64,000 nt of DNA from Meyerozyma guilliermondii (Eukaryota), in assembly GCA_051546255.1 (NCBI GenBank), contig CP128817.1, positions 1,178,001 to 1,242,000 of the forward strand. Reading direction: 5' to 3'. How positions within the stretch are numbered: the first letter of the stretch is position 1; every line of letters begins with the position of its first letter. Both the position numbers and the translations under genes were made by a program. Below, one piece after another: positions 39,701 to 50,859 of the stretch. The notes below the pieces were generated by a model. That model was not told where the DNA came from and searched no databases. It was given only the letters and a program-made list of their open reading frames with translations.

Positions 39701-40129
39701 GCCAATATCGGTAATTTTGGCTCGCAAGCTTCTCCTGAACCCCTTGCCTGTAAATATCATTCCATTTTTGACGAGAATTTGTTTTCCACAAATCGTGTTA
39801 TAAATAGCCAGTTGCACCTTGGCGACTGGGGCAAGAAAAGCATGAGAGTTGCTACCAGTTTTCACTATATGGGACCTAATAAACTCCTCATTATGATAAG
39901 CAAGGTCATGGAGGGCAATTTTTGAACTCGATTTCAAACTTTCGGGATCATAACTGTTATGTAGAAGAGAAGACGGTGGCACAATGATAGTGAAGTCGGT
40001 ATGCCGAGATGCAAGTTCGTGAATTATTTGCTTATAGGGAGCTCGTGAATGGTTTGGGTTGTTGAATATGCAATTGAGCAACGGATTGTAAAGTAATGGT
40101 AGGTTTGAAGGTCTACCATCCTTGGCCAT
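36728..40129 (-). CDS. VRL1: VPS9-domain / ankyrin-repeat / PX-BAR-like protein Vrl1 (YML002W-YML003W, VARP-like)
   Basis: LP.L.NPL.N.IF, ..GKGF, VPS9 motif [10 protein letters not shown], ankyrin-like [25 protein letters not shown], helical C-terminus. ATG at 40129. Confidence 0.8.
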
Positions 40130-40218
40130 AACTACCACTTTTACAAGATTGTGAGACTTGCACAGAGTAGGTCAGTAGTGCGCGCGATATCACTTGGGCT
40201 ATTTCCTATTTAGAGTGG

Positions 40219-43200
40219 TCAATTGGATTCCTGGGTTGCTGCCCTCATCCCCACTGACCCGGTATATATAGCAGGCGGAGCGCTAGTAATTTTATAGTCA
40301 ACGTTCTTTAGCTTCAGATTTGGGTCACCGTACCCTCCTCCACCTGGAGTCATAATGATGACATGATCACCTTTTTGCACCCGAACTGTACACTTGCCTC
40401 CTAACGAAATCTCCCTGTAGGTATCAGAGGTAGCCTCCTTGCGGTACCAGGTGTTCGTTCCCCGAAGTCCATCTTTTCCGCCCAAAATTCCGAAAGGTGC
40501 GAGTGCTCGTCTTTCCGTTAAACAGGAAACTTCAAGATCATCAAACGTAAACTCAATGTCTCTGATGACTCCATTTCCGCCATGGCGCACACCGCTGCCA
40601 CCCAGACCGTGCCTGATTTGAAATCTATGCACAATAACCGGATACCTTTTTTCAAAAAGTTCAGTATCGGTGATTCTGGTATTCGTGGTATGGCATTGCA
40701 CAGCACTCTGACCATCCCAAGTTGGCCCTGCTCCCGATCCACCACAGATGGTCTCGTAGTATCCAAACGAAATTCCCTTCTCTTTGTTGGAGACACCAAA
40801 AGTAAAATTATTGCAGGTTCCTTGAGATGCTGCAGCTGCTTCAAATGCCTTCAACATTACATCTACTATACGCTGGGTTGTTTCCACGTTTCCACCTACC
40901 ACTGCTGCTTCAGACGAAGGAGACACCACCGAGCCTTCACGGGTCTTGAACTTGATAGGCCGTAAACATCCATTATTGAGAGGAATATCGCTGCTTATCA
41001 ATGATCTCAACACATACAAAACAGCAGAATACAAGATAGCTTTGGGAGCATTCAAATTGCCGTACATCTCGTTGCCGGAGTTTGTAAAGTCAAACTCTGC
41101 AGTACCCTCTGAAGCGTTTATAACAATCTTGAGAGCAATTGGAGTTCCATCGTCAAGATAATCTATTGCTTCAAGATTCTTACCTTCAAACTTTTCATTG
41201 GCATACCGTAAAAGATTCTTGACAGCAACCTCTGCTGTTGACTGAATGGCACCCATGTACAAGTCGATAACTGAATATGAGAATGTATCGATCAAGTCCT
41301 TTAACAAGGTGATACCCTTATAGTTGGCAGAGACCTGAGCCTTAAGATCAGAAAGGTTATCGCTCAAAGCACGAGACCCGGAACCACCAGGATGCTTAGC
41401 AGGCTCGTCAACAAGCAACTTGGTGATTCCAGCCTCATCAAATTTCCCGTTCGAGCACAACTTGAAAGTCATGATTGCAGCACCTTCGTCAAAGATAGTT
41501 TTCGAATTTGGAGGCATTGAACCAGCAGAAATAGACCCTATATCTGCATGGTGACCTCGTGAAGCAGTCCAGAAAATAGGGTTCTTATCTTCATCCAAAA
41601 CAGGAGTTATCACTGTAATATCAGGTAAATGTGATCCGCCTGCCAGAGGATGGTTGGTGACGAGAACGTCCCCATGATCGAGTTTCCCCTTCCACATTTC
41701 TAGTTGAGCCTTCACGGCAAACGACATGGCTCCTAGATGAATAGGAACATGGGGAGCGTTTGCTACCAAATCACCATTTTTGTCAAATATGGCACAAGAA
41801 AAATCTAGCCGTTCTTTAATATTGGTAGAAATGGCAGTTTGTTGCAAAGTTCGACCCATCTGCTCTGCAATTGACATGAATCTATGGCCAAATACAGAGA
41901 GCTGAATTGGATCCACCACGTTGGCGGAGAGTTCTGGAGCACTGCCTTGCTCGATGGAGATGAGCACATGGCTTTTCAAAATAGTTGCAAATGAAAAGGG
42001 CTCAATGACAATCGTCTGAGTTTCATCGAGAATAATTGCTGGACCATGAACCAAGTTCCCTTTGACAAGATCTTTCAACTTGTAAATAGCCGTTTCTATC
42101 CATCCTTTGCTTTCAAAGTAGACAGATTTGTGGGACGCAGAAGAGTTAGTTTTCTGAGTTTCAATGCTCTTGACCTCTTCAAAGGGATTGCACGTCTCTT
42201 TGTCGCGACCCTTGACTACAAGAATAACCTGAACATCATCAACAAGTACCATTCTATCCAAGGTGAACCCAAACTCACTTTTGTGTCTCTGAACAAAAGA
42301 GTCAGCAGCATCGTAGTGCTCATTCTTGGGGATAAGCAAGTGGGTATCGGAACCAACATATCTCATATTCAACATGACTTGAACGCTGGTCTCAAATTCT
42401 ACCAAATTTTGCAGCTCGTAGTCCTTATACGCATCGTTCACCAACCCTTCCACAGTCCTGTCAATCAAGGCATAATTATCTTCAGAATAGGCACAAGTGA
42501 GCGGTGCTTGCTTCTCTATCAAGATATCGGCGAGCATGATTCCATGAGCAGATAATAACGAAGAATACTTGTGAATTGCAGCCGATCGGATCAGAAGATT
42601 CTTGGCTAGGGCCACTGAAAATTGACCTCCAGATCCACCAAAGCATGCCAAGTTGTGCTCTGAAGTTTTGTAGCCCTTTGCTTCTGTGATATTTCTGATC
42701 GGTCTGGCCATGGCTTCCACTGCAACCTTGAGAAAACCTTCTGCCACTTGTTCTGGAGTCATAGCTTCTGTGCTTTCCTTTTCCTTGTTAATGACGGCGG
42801 TAAGCTCCTTGAATTTTTCAGCAGTAGTTTTGGCATCGAGTGGCTCGTCATGATTTGGACCAAAAATGTTTGGAAAGTGTTCAGGAATCAATCTTCCCAA
42901 AAACAAATTCGCATCAGTTACCGTCAAGGGTCCTCCCTTACGATAGCAAGCCGGTCCAGGATCAGATCCAGCTGACTCAGGGCCAACGACAAACATCCCA
43001 TTCTTCCAAAAAAGCATGGAACCTCCTCCAGCAGCAACCGTAGATATATCTAGTTGTGGAGTTTGTAAACTTACTTGGCTAACAACCGTCTCATAAATGT
43101 GCTCCAATGAGTCGCAGTACCGTGAAACGTCGGTAGAAGTTCCACCAGCATCAAATCCAATAGTAGCTGTTCTTGACTTGGTATCGTAGCATGTTTCACC

Positions 43201-44124
43201 GTACCCAACTACACCTCCAGCTGGTCCAGAAAGAATAGCCTTGAGACCGGTAAACCTATACCATGGAGCAAGTCCACCATTACTTTGCATAAACAAAAGT
43301 TTGTTACCAAAAGACTCCAACCCACCTTCAAATCCAGCACCAAAGCCTTCCATGTACTCTTGAATTACTGGCGATAAGTAAGCATCGGCAACAGTCGAAG
43401 ATGTTCTGTTCACCATACCTATCATGGGTTGAAGTTCATGGGACACCGAGACAGAAAACCCGATTTTTTTGCAGATTCTTGCAATCTGCTTTTCGTGGTC
43501 TGGAAAAGCGTAAGAATGCAAAAGGCAGAGTGCAATGGTCTTGATCTCACCTTTATCATGTAATTGCTGTAAATCTGCTTCAACCTTTTCATAATTGGGC
43601 CTTTTCACGACCCGGATAACGTCTCCAGTTGGACTACGTACGAGATTAGGTTCAGAATCCACATCAATTTTCAACTTGTCTCCTCCTCCTTCGGAAAAAG
43701 TTTCAATAGTTATACGCTCGTCAACTTCGAGCACCAGTTCATACAAGTGTCCAAGCTTTTCTGCTGTGAGATCAAAAATATTAGGACGAGTTTGGTTGCC
43801 TATCGCAAGTACATCGTGGAATCCCTTGGTTGTTATCAAGCACACCTTTGCACCTTTACGTTCCAAGAGAGCATTAGTCGCAACTGTAGTTCCCATTCTA
43901 ATACTCTCAATCAGCTCCAAAGAAAGCAATTCGTTCTTAGGGATTTTTTTGTTCTGTTCTTTTTCCAATACTCTACGGATGCCTTCAGTTGGAGCATCTT
44001 TGTAGTTTTTCGGATCAACAGAAAGGAGTTTGAATACATAGTCTTGGTGACCCGGAATCTTGGCAATAACATCACAGAAGGTTCCACCACGATCAATTGC
44101 AATCAGGATGCCTTTGGAAACCAT
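40219..44124 (-). CDS. OXP1: 5-oxoprolinase (ATP-hydrolysing)
   Basis: AIDRGGTFCD, RMGTTVATNALLERKG, SGPAGG, D.GGTSTDV, NIKERLDFSCA, HLPDITV, GGNVET, TPGGGGYG. Confidence 0.97.
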   Translation of the reverse strand: MVSKGILIAIDRGGTFCDVIAKIPGHQDYVFKLLSVDPKNYKDAPTEGIRRVLEKEQNKKIPKNELLSLELIESIRMGTTVATNALLERKGAKVCLITTKGFHDVLAIGNQTRPNIFDLTAEKLGHLYELVLEVDERITIETFSEGGGDKLKIDVDSEPNLVRSPTGDVIRVVKRPNYEKVEADLQQLHDKGEIKTIALCLLHSYAFPDHEKQIARICKKIGFSVSVSHELQPMIGMVNRTSSTVADAYLSPVIQEYMEGFGAGFEGGLESFGNKLLFMQSNGGLAPWYRFTGLKAILSGPAGGVVGYGETCYDTKSRTATIGFDAGGTSTDVSRYCDSLEHIYETVVSQVSLQTPQLDISTVAAGGGSMLFWKNGMFVVGPESAGSDPGPACYRKGGPLTVTDANLFLGRLIPEHFPNIFGPNHDEPLDAKTTAEKFKELTAVINKEKESTEAMTPEQVAEGFLKVAVEAMARPIRNITEAKGYKTSEHNLACFGGSGGQFSVALAKNLLIRSAAIHKYSSLLSAHGIMLADILIEKQAPLTCAYSEDNYALIDRTVEGLVNDAYKDYELQNLVEFETSVQVMLNMRYVGSDTHLLIPKNEHYDAADSFVQRHKSEFGFTLDRMVLVDDVQVILVVKGRDKETCNPFEEVKSIETQKTNSSASHKSVYFESKGWIETAIYKLKDLVKGNLVHGPAIILDETQTIVIEPFSFATILKSHVLISIEQGSAPELSANVVDPIQLSVFGHRFMSIAEQMGRTLQQTAISTNIKERLDFSCAIFDKNGDLVANAPHVPIHLGAMSFAVKAQLEMWKGKLDHGDVLVTNHPLAGGSHLPDITVITPVLDEDKNPIFWTASRGHHADIGSISAGSMPPNSKTIFDEGAAIMTFKLCSNGKFDEAGITKLLVDEPAKHPGGSGSRALSDNLSDLKAQVSANYKGITLLKDLIDTFSYSVIDLYMGAIQSTAEVAVKNLLRYANEKFEGKNLEAIDYLDDGTPIALKIVINASEGTAEFDFTNSGNEMYGNLNAPKAILYSAVLYVLRSLISSDIPLNNGCLRPIKFKTREGSVVSPSSEAAVVGGNVETTQRIVDVMLKAFEAAAASQGTCNNFTFGVSNKEKGISFGYYETICGGSGAGPTWDGQSAVQCHTTNTRITDTELFEKRYPVIVHRFQIRHGLGGSGVRHGGNGVIRDIEFTFDDLEVSCLTERRALAPFGILGGKDGLRGTNTWYRKEATSDTYREISLGGKCTVRVQKGDHVIIMTPGGGGYGDPNLKLKNVDYKITSAPPAIYTGSVGMRAATQESN

Positions 44125-44233
44125 ATTGGATAGAAGGTCTTCACCGTTGGGTTTTTAAATTTAGTCGTTGTTGTCTCTTATTGCACGGCACTGACTTCGA
44201 TTTATGATAGCCTGTATATTAGCGCGGAGAGAA

Positions 44234-44325
44234 GATAAGTCGCGGGAATGGCTGCAAATCGCCATAGTGCTATGAAGCACGAAGGATTATTACGTTAAGC
44301 CATGTTACATATGGCGCTTGATAAG
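44234..44325. promoter_or_regulatory. Two GATAAG (nitrogen catabolite repression) elements upstream of OXP1
   Basis: GATAAG at 44234-44239 and 44320-44325. Confidence 0.4.
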
Positions 44326-44635
44326 TATCTATTGGCTACAAGCAGTTCAAAAAGTTTTCATGGAGTACCCATTAACCTCGTACCTGGGTTTGATATTTCC
44401 AAAAACTCTTTCATCTTGCTCTTTCGAAGGTTCAGCTGAAAGGTAATCTCTAACAGATCACAATTGAGCGCTAGTTTCAAAAGACATGTCCTTCTCTGTC
44501 TTTCTTCTCATTATTTCTCGGAGGTAACCTCATTTCTTTGTAATCATTCGTCCATATGATCGTTGCTACATGGAGTCTAGACTAGAACCTCTGCAAATGT
44601 TCAGTCTCTTTAAATATCAACCAAGCGGTTCCTCG

Positions 44636-45538
44636 TCAGTCTTGTACAACCAAATTGCCCAATTTGTCATAAATTTCTTCCACTTCGCTGTCGTCAAATT
44701 CTTCTTCAACTTTTTTGGTGACAAAGTTTCCGAGCGCATCAACCTCCACTTCTTCAGATTTCTTCTCTGACTCGACTTCATCTTCGGATTCTCTCTCTGA
44801 ATCATCATCTTCTTCTTCATCGCTGCCGTGTCTATTAACATTACCCATCATCCACAAGTCTTCATTTTTCGCCTGTTCTTTTCGATTCTTGGCCTCGTCT
44901 TGTATTCGTTGCAACCATTCCTCCTGTGCTTTATTGACCGAGTCAGAATCTGAACATTGCATGTATATCTCCAAGAGCTCCTTGTTGATTTTCAAAAATG
45001 TCAATCCCCAACTAAAGTTTTCGAGAAGCACTTCGGCCCAGTCCCAGTGTCCAACTATGGCAAAACAGGCAGCCAATGCTTCAACACAATTGAGTCGCCA
45101 AGGTCGACCATAATTCACTGGGTTTGCTGCAACAAGGTACGGGAGCAATCTCTCGTGCTTTCCTCCAATTTTGTTGAAGGGTACTTCGTCCAATCGTGCC
45201 CATGAACATTCTACTACCGAACTTCCAAACTCCTCTACAATCTCTCTGTCATCAGGACATACTACTCCCTTTCCATTTGGAGACACTACCACACCACTAA
45301 ACTTCTGACCAATGCGTAAGTTCTTTATGAGACCCAAACGCTCCAATTTTTTCCCCGAACACCGTTTTGGATCACAATGATCAAAATCCCACATTGCTAG
45401 TTTAACTGGAAGTCGATCATTTTCAACATTTGTGGTTCGGGATTCTTGCCTACCTTTCCTCAAGTGATGCTGTTTCGATTTATGGCCATTAGAAGTCTGG
45501 CGTGACTTGCTTTCGCTGACTTTGTTTTTTCCCTTCAT
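44636..45538 (-). CDS. TSR3: 18S rRNA aminocarboxypropyltransferase Tsr3
   Basis: LAMWDFDHCDPKRCSGKKL, ECSWA, RLLPYLVAANPVNYGRP..LNCVEALAA; acidic tail. Confidence 0.96.
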   Translation of the reverse strand: MKGKNKVSESKSRQTSNGHKSKQHHLRKGRQESRTTNVENDRLPVKLAMWDFDHCDPKRCSGKKLERLGLIKNLRIGQKFSGVVVSPNGKGVVCPDDREIVEEFGSSVVECSWARLDEVPFNKIGGKHERLLPYLVAANPVNYGRPWRLNCVEALAACFAIVGHWDWAEVLLENFSWGLTFLKINKELLEIYMQCSDSDSVNKAQEEWLQRIQDEAKNRKEQAKNEDLWMMGNVNRHGSDEEEDDDSERESEDEVESEKKSEEVEVDALGNFVTKKVEEEFDDSEVEEIYDKLGNLVVQD

Positions 45539-45660
45539 CAAAGAAAGGTGTTGAAATTGCGATGGCCATCGAGGGAGTGCACACGTGACCTACAGGTAGA
45601 TAAAGGCAAGTACCATAAATTAGCCTAGTATTATACACGTTATGAAATGCAGCAAGCACA

Positions 45661-46917
45661 TTAGAAATCCTCATCGAATGCAAAAGCGTCAGCGACGGGA
45701 GCATTGGCGTCGGCGTTGCTCTTGGCCATAACACCAGCCTTTTGGTAGTCACTGACTCTCTTCTCGAAAAAGTTGGTCTTACCGGCCAACGAAATGTTCT
45801 CCATAAAGTCGAATGGGTTGGCAACGTTGTAAATCTTTTTGTTACCTAAAGCCACGAGCAATCTGTCGGCAACAAACTCGACGTATTGGCACATCAACTT
45901 ACAGTTCATTCCCAACAAACTGATAGGAAGAGCATCGGTGAAGAATTCCTTCTCAATGTCAACGGCTTCGGTGATGATCTTTTCGACGATCTCAGGGTCT
46001 GGTCTGTTCTGCAAGTGGGAGAACAACAAGCAAGCAAAGTCGGTGTGCAATCCCTCGTCACGGCAGATCAATTCATTCGAGAATGACAAACCTGGCATCA
46101 ATCCTCTCTTCTTCAACCAGAAAATAGAAGCAAAGGATCCACTGAAGAAGATACCTTCAACAGCAGCAAAAGCCACCAATCTCTCACCAAAGAGAGCATC
46201 ATCGTCATTGATCCATCTCAAAGCCCAGTCGGCCTTCTTCTTAATACATGGAATGTTCTCAATGGCATTGAACAAAAAGTCCGCCTCCTTGGGGTCTTTG
46301 ATGTAGGTATCGATCAAGAGAGAGTAGGTTTCGGAGTGAATGTTCTCCATCATGATTTGGAAACCGTAGAAACACTTGGCCTCGGGGATTTGTACTTCAG
46401 CGGAAAAGTTCTCCACCAAGTTTTCATTGACGATACCGTCAGAAGCAGCGAAAAACGCCAAGATTCTTGAGATAAAGTATCTCTCGTTGTCATTCAATCT
46501 GTTGTTCCAGTCGTGCATGTCCTTGCCCAAGTCAATCTCCTCTGCGGTCCAGAACGAAGCCTCAGCCTTCTTGTACATTTTCCAGATCTCATGGTACTTG
46601 ATGGGGAACATCACGAAACGACGAGTGTTTTCCATCAACAAGGGTTCTTCTTTCTCCATCTCCTTCAACTGGTGACGATGAGCCTTGTGCTTGCTCAAAA
46701 ACTTTTCGTGTTCAGCATCAGTTGGCACCGCCGACTTATCTTCGGGTCCTGGAGTCAAAATGTTAGCCTTGTGGATTGTGTGGTCGTTCTGGGCCACGTC
46801 CTTGGCCTCAGCTTCACCTGCAAGCTTGTCGCTCAACGACTTTCCTTGCATAGTAGACATGTCTAAGTTGTTAATTTTTCCTGTTAATCCTTTTGTGGGA
46901 GTCTCCTGTACCGACAT
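45661..46917 (-). CDS. RNR2: Ribonucleotide reductase small subunit (radical-competent)
   Basis: [20 protein letters not shown] (radical Tyr), [17 protein letters not shown]-terminal FDEDF; iron ligands intact. Confidence 0.97.
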   Translation of the reverse strand: MSVQETPTKGLTGKINNLDMSTMQGKSLSDKLAGEAEAKDVAQNDHTIHKANILTPGPEDKSAVPTDAEHEKFLSKHKAHRHQLKEMEKEEPLLMENTRRFVMFPIKYHEIWKMYKKAEASFWTAEEIDLGKDMHDWNNRLNDNERYFISRILAFFAASDGIVNENLVENFSAEVQIPEAKCFYGFQIMMENIHSETYSLLIDTYIKDPKEADFLFNAIENIPCIKKKADWALRWINDDDALFGERLVAFAAVEGIFFSGSFASIFWLKKRGLMPGLSFSNELICRDEGLHTDFACLLFSHLQNRPDPEIVEKIITEAVDIEKEFFTDALPISLLGMNCKLMCQYVEFVADRLLVALGNKKIYNVANPFDFMENISLAGKTNFFEKRVSDYQKAGVMAKSNADANAPVADAFAFDEDF

Positions 46918-47051
46918 TTGAAGATAAAAGTTGAATGATAATTTATTCAGGGAGCACCGGTGTATTTATATTACTTCGCTCCGAATCGGATATGTAACGA
47001 ACAAAACAAATACTCAATTGCTTTCGTTCCTCGATGAGCGTGCCTGCACCG

Positions 47052-47280
47052 ACGCGCGCCACGGTGGGTCAGGCAACGCGCCGCGTGTCCCGATGAGAAG
47101 GAGATAACCCAGCAAGTTTTGGGGTGGTCAATTTGATTAGAAAAATTCCATGGTGTCTCTATAGGCTCAGATTAGTACTCTGCAGCTTTTTCGGCTTCAT
47201 CACCTCATCAATTGAGGTGGAAACTTGTGATACAAACGTGTCTTTGTCACGTGTGTTTGTTTACAAGATACCCAACGCGT
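47052..47280. promoter_or_regulatory. RNR2 upstream cell-cycle elements: MCB-type ACGCG(T), Cbf1-type E-box, forkhead site
   Basis: ACGCG near 47052 and 47076, GTCACGTG at 47246-47253, TGTTTAC at 47258-47264, ACGCGT at 47275-47280. Confidence 0.55.
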
Positions 47281-47469
47281 ATAATTACTAAGACGTGTCT
47301 CCTAAAAACACACGTCCAAGTTGCGCGCCGTGGGGCAACACGTCCTACATGCGGAAAGATATCCTGACGCATCATGCACTGGACTCGTTCCGAATTCGGC
47401 ACTCGGGTGCTACAATCGGTAATTTAACAATAATACACTGGGATGTCTACTTTTGCAACTGCTCCTATT

Positions 47470-49623
47470 CTACTTTCCATTGGTAGCCACCAAGTTCTGG
47501 TATGGGTGCGACTCGTCAATTGGAGTAGGCATGTCAGCAATTGGTTCCAAGCCTTGTGGTGAACTGAACGATGACAAGTCAATAGGGTCTCCTAAAGATC
47601 CATTTTGGTTTGGTCTAAAATGTGCCGCCAAGTTTTGCTCGCTGGGGGTAGGACTAGCAATATTTTCGCTGAAATTGTCAAACGCAAAATCCCCATCTCT
47701 GTTAAGTGGTTGAATAGGACTGACCGGCACTGAGCCATAGTCAGGCATGCTAATACGAGGCGATTCGATGGATATTTCATTGGCATCGAGTTCCAAACTG
47801 TTGTAGAGCTTGATAATGTTGCCGGATCCTTTAAAGTTACCCTTGCTGTAGTTTTGAGAAATTTTCTCTTTGAACACTTGTCTCCATTGAAACTGGTCCC
47901 AATCCTCGGCTTTTGCCTTGTGAAGGTTCTTTTTCACTGTATCTATAGCATCGTTCATGGATAAGTATTCGTAGTGAGGTAAAGATGGGAGTCCAAAAAG
48001 CAAGGATTTGGAATCCTTTTTGTCTGGGATCAAATGTTCTGGACGTCCATAGAGCTTGAATGCATCGATCATATCCAAAAAGTTCCGCAACATGGTTTCA
48101 ACGGCACTGACTCCTGGGTGAGGAACAGGCATCAAGTACATGTAATCTGTTACAACGTAGTCGTTGATGTTTTTCTTAATGAACTTGGTGGTGTTGCTGC
48201 TAGTACTTGACGACCGAGAACGGGTGCCGTTCGTGTCTAATGGTTGTGGTGAAGGGGCGTTCATGAAAAATGACGTAGTGGAGCTGGAAGATACCTGTCT
48301 CAGATGATTACCATTGGCAGGTGGAGCCATCGACGACAATGAACCGGAAGAATCTGATCTTGCAAAGACGGTATGCGTGAAAGATGGCTTTGGAGGAGGC
48401 TGTGCCGTCGCCAATGAACCATCGTTATGCACGAACAAGTATTCGTAGTTCTTGTTGACGTATATCTCACCGCTCACCTTCATGATGGAGTTGAAGTCGA
48501 TCATATTTGCCTGTTCCGGGTACATATTGAAAACACTGTTTACCACAGGAACGTACAAAATGAGATTCTTTTTCGATACCTTTTCGCTGGAGTAAATCTC
48601 GATACGGCCATATTTCTTGGAGTCAGAAGGGATGATTGCCAAGTATACTTTCATCCATTTTGAAGAAATTTGGGGTAATCTAAGATTGCACCATTCAAAC
48701 TTGGAAAACCGTTTTTTATGCGACAAAAGAATATGAATATCGGAAAACTTGCTTGCTTTCATCGATAGTATCACAGCAGTGAATGCCTCGTTCAAGGAGA
48801 TGGTTTCGAAATTGGAAATCTCGATGGCAGCCACCCACCTACTGTAGTCTGCTTCTGAGAGGAATCGGAGCACAGTTGAGCTATCATAATCATGCGAGAT
48901 TGCCAACTGATATGGACTGGAGTCGAAGCCTGTATGGTTTAATTTGACGGTTGAATCGGCCAAGTTTATATACTTTGGCTTGAACTCATCGTTATCGTAT
49001 TCGTCGCCTTCTGCAGTTGTCTGAGACGCAAACCAAATTGCCAACTCATTGCCGGTCAACTTGGCATCAGCCTCTATCCATTCTCTTGTTCCTTGCGCAC
49101 TCACCGTCGGTACGAGTACGGTACCGATGGCGTACGTACGTAATTTGTGGGCATTGATCAAATTGACGATGGGTGCTAATTCAGGCGCAAGATTCTCGTT
49201 GTTGACCCGGTTTTGAGCAAGAAGTGATGTTCCGTTTATCGATGACGTGATGGACAGCGTGCGGGGTGATAATGCGTCCGTGTTGGGGTTGTCATAGGAG
49301 GAAAACGAGTTGGAATACACTCGCAGTTGGCGGACGAGTGAAGCAGGGCTCGATCTGACTCTCTCACTCAAAGTACGACGCTGAGGCAGTGATAGAGCTG
49401 GAGGCGATGCTGTGTCGATGCGAGGAGGCCTGAGAGGCGAAAGCTTTGGTGGGGAGTTCGTCATGCTATTTCTGGACTGTGGTGCGGAATCCGATCCGAG
49501 CGATGCCGGAGTTGCAATCGTAGGTAAAGGTTTGTTTCTATCACCCTTCAGGGGAACCGGAGGAGGAGACAAAGCAAATCCCGGAGTGGCTTTGTCTTTC
49601 TTTTTGAATAGTGAAAAAGGCAT
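47470..49623 (-). CDS. Skg3/Caf120-family PH-domain protein
   Basis: EL.PIV.L.NAH..R.Y, A.L.G.EL..W, P.YINL.D, L.EA.T..., DAF.LYGRP..L, SLLFGLP.LP. Confidence 0.75.
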   Translation of the reverse strand: MPFSLFKKKDKATPGFALSPPPVPLKGDRNKPLPTIATPASLGSDSAPQSRNSMTNSPPKLSPLRPPRIDTASPPALSLPQRRTLSERVRSSPASLVRQLRVYSNSFSSYDNPNTDALSPRTLSITSSINGTSLLAQNRVNNENLAPELAPIVNLINAHKLRTYAIGTVLVPTVSAQGTREWIEADAKLTGNELAIWFASQTTAEGDEYDNDEFKPKYINLADSTVKLNHTGFDSSPYQLAISHDYDSSTVLRFLSEADYSRWVAAIEISNFETISLNEAFTAVILSMKASKFSDIHILLSHKKRFSKFEWCNLRLPQISSKWMKVYLAIIPSDSKKYGRIEIYSSEKVSKKNLILYVPVVNSVFNMYPEQANMIDFNSIMKVSGEIYVNKNYEYLFVHNDGSLATAQPPPKPSFTHTVFARSDSSGSLSSMAPPANGNHLRQVSSSSTTSFFMNAPSPQPLDTNGTRSRSSSTSSNTTKFIKKNINDYVVTDYMYLMPVPHPGVSAVETMLRNFLDMIDAFKLYGRPEHLIPDKKDSKSLLFGLPSLPHYEYLSMNDAIDTVKKNLHKAKAEDWDQFQWRQVFKEKISQNYSKGNFKGSGNIIKLYNSLELDANEISIESPRISMPDYGSVPVSPIQPLNRDGDFAFDNFSENIASPTPSEQNLAAHFRPNQNGSLGDPIDLSSFSSPQGLEPIADMPTPIDESHPYQNLVATNGK

Positions 49624-50430
49624 GTTTTAAAATCAAACCGATGGGATTTTTAAAAAGGCCAACAGTGCCAAGCGACCAAGAAAATTGCCAAGGAAGGGTC
49701 AGAATAGAAACCAGAGTATAGTGATGTACCGGAAACTATATATCTATAATGGAAGACCCAGGTCACTTCTTTGGTGTTAAAAAGAAATCACCGATATAGT
49801 AGTGGCAACAGCAATTGGGAAAAGAATAAGGAGACACTAAATATGCGACCGGAAATCCTGACAGGAGAGACTGCATAAAGCCCCTGCACAAAGGACAGTA
49901 ACGGTTGCTACGGGTTAGAAGGCTGAGTCGTGAAGTAAATGAGGCTGATATGCAAGATGTAAGGTACGGTAGCGGTGCTTCTAAACTGGCGAAAAAAAAC
50001 CTGTTTTGAGGCTATGTGGATGATGACCACGGTGCCGCGGACGAGATAAACGTGAGTGAAAATTCGCGCATTAGAAAACGGGCACATTTGCGAGCATTTT
50101 TGTGAGGGCACTGCGACCAAACGGCGCGAGACGAGCCTTACCTAATTGCGATAACGGTGCGAATCACCACGGTAATTGCAGCGAAGAATTATTCATAACT
50201 AGATGGTCGCTCATAACAGCACACGGACACCATAATTATTTTCCATCATATAATCGGCCTTCTATAAGCCTCCACCGAAGCCGAAGCCCTCCACCAAAAC
50301 GGCATCTTCATCACCATTTTCGAATCAATCTCGGGCCGAAACCTTAAATTTTAACTACTTCAAATTGCGAGGTGAACGGAACCGCAGCTGAACTGTCGGA
50401 GAAACTGGGGACGGAGAGAGGCGAAGACCC

Positions 50431-50646
50431 TGACGCAACTCGGCAAAAAGGTGTTGCAGCCACTTATTGTTTTCACTGACATGTTTGACGTCATGGCGCA
50501 TTGATTGGGAGGCAGTGTATCCGTAATTGACGTAATTTTGTGAATTGAGATAAGGCTGTAATCGACATTTCGCGTCAATATGAGGTTCCATTGATGTCAA
50601 AGATACCTGTAATGGCTGTGAATGTCTATTTATAGCCATGACGTGA
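50431..50646. promoter_or_regulatory. Cluster of CRE/ATF (Sko1-type) sites in the divergent SKG3-like/DNL4 promoter
   Basis: TGACGCAA 50431, TGACGTCA 50486, TGACGTAA 50528, TGATGTCA 50592, TGACGTGA 50639. Confidence 0.55.
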
Positions 50647-50859
50647 TGGCTCTTGAGCTAGTTCTCGCATTATTTTGTTATAATATACATATTATTTATG
50701 GCATTTATATTTTCTTGACTCTGTCACCTACAAACTTCTTTACTTCCCTTCTGTCATAATCGATTCTTTTCATCTATTTCTCCATGTCTTAACCTTATCA
50801 CTCCTATTATCAGTGCGCCGCAGTCCCGCGAAATGCGAACCGTACAGGACTCTTCTTAA

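Noticed and set aside
44617..44841. 74-aa alternative-frame ORF at the TSR3 3' end suggesting a frameshift
   Set aside because: A by-product of the GAA/GAT-rich acidic tail; TSR3 is complete in its own frame.
47320..47339. GTTGCGCGCCGTGGGGCAAC as an Rfx1/Crt1 X-box upstream of RNR2
   Set aside because: GGCAAC half-site and terminal symmetry are present, but the spacing does not fit the X-box consensus; too weak to call.
50553..50640. AGGCTGTAAT and CTGTAATGGCT resembling the 5' Alu end of fungal SRP RNA, plus a 12-bp hairpin at about 50612-50639
   Set aside because: No recognisable S-domain helix 8 motif follows, and T-runs would stop Pol III within about 60 nt. An Rfam Fungi_SRP search would settle it.
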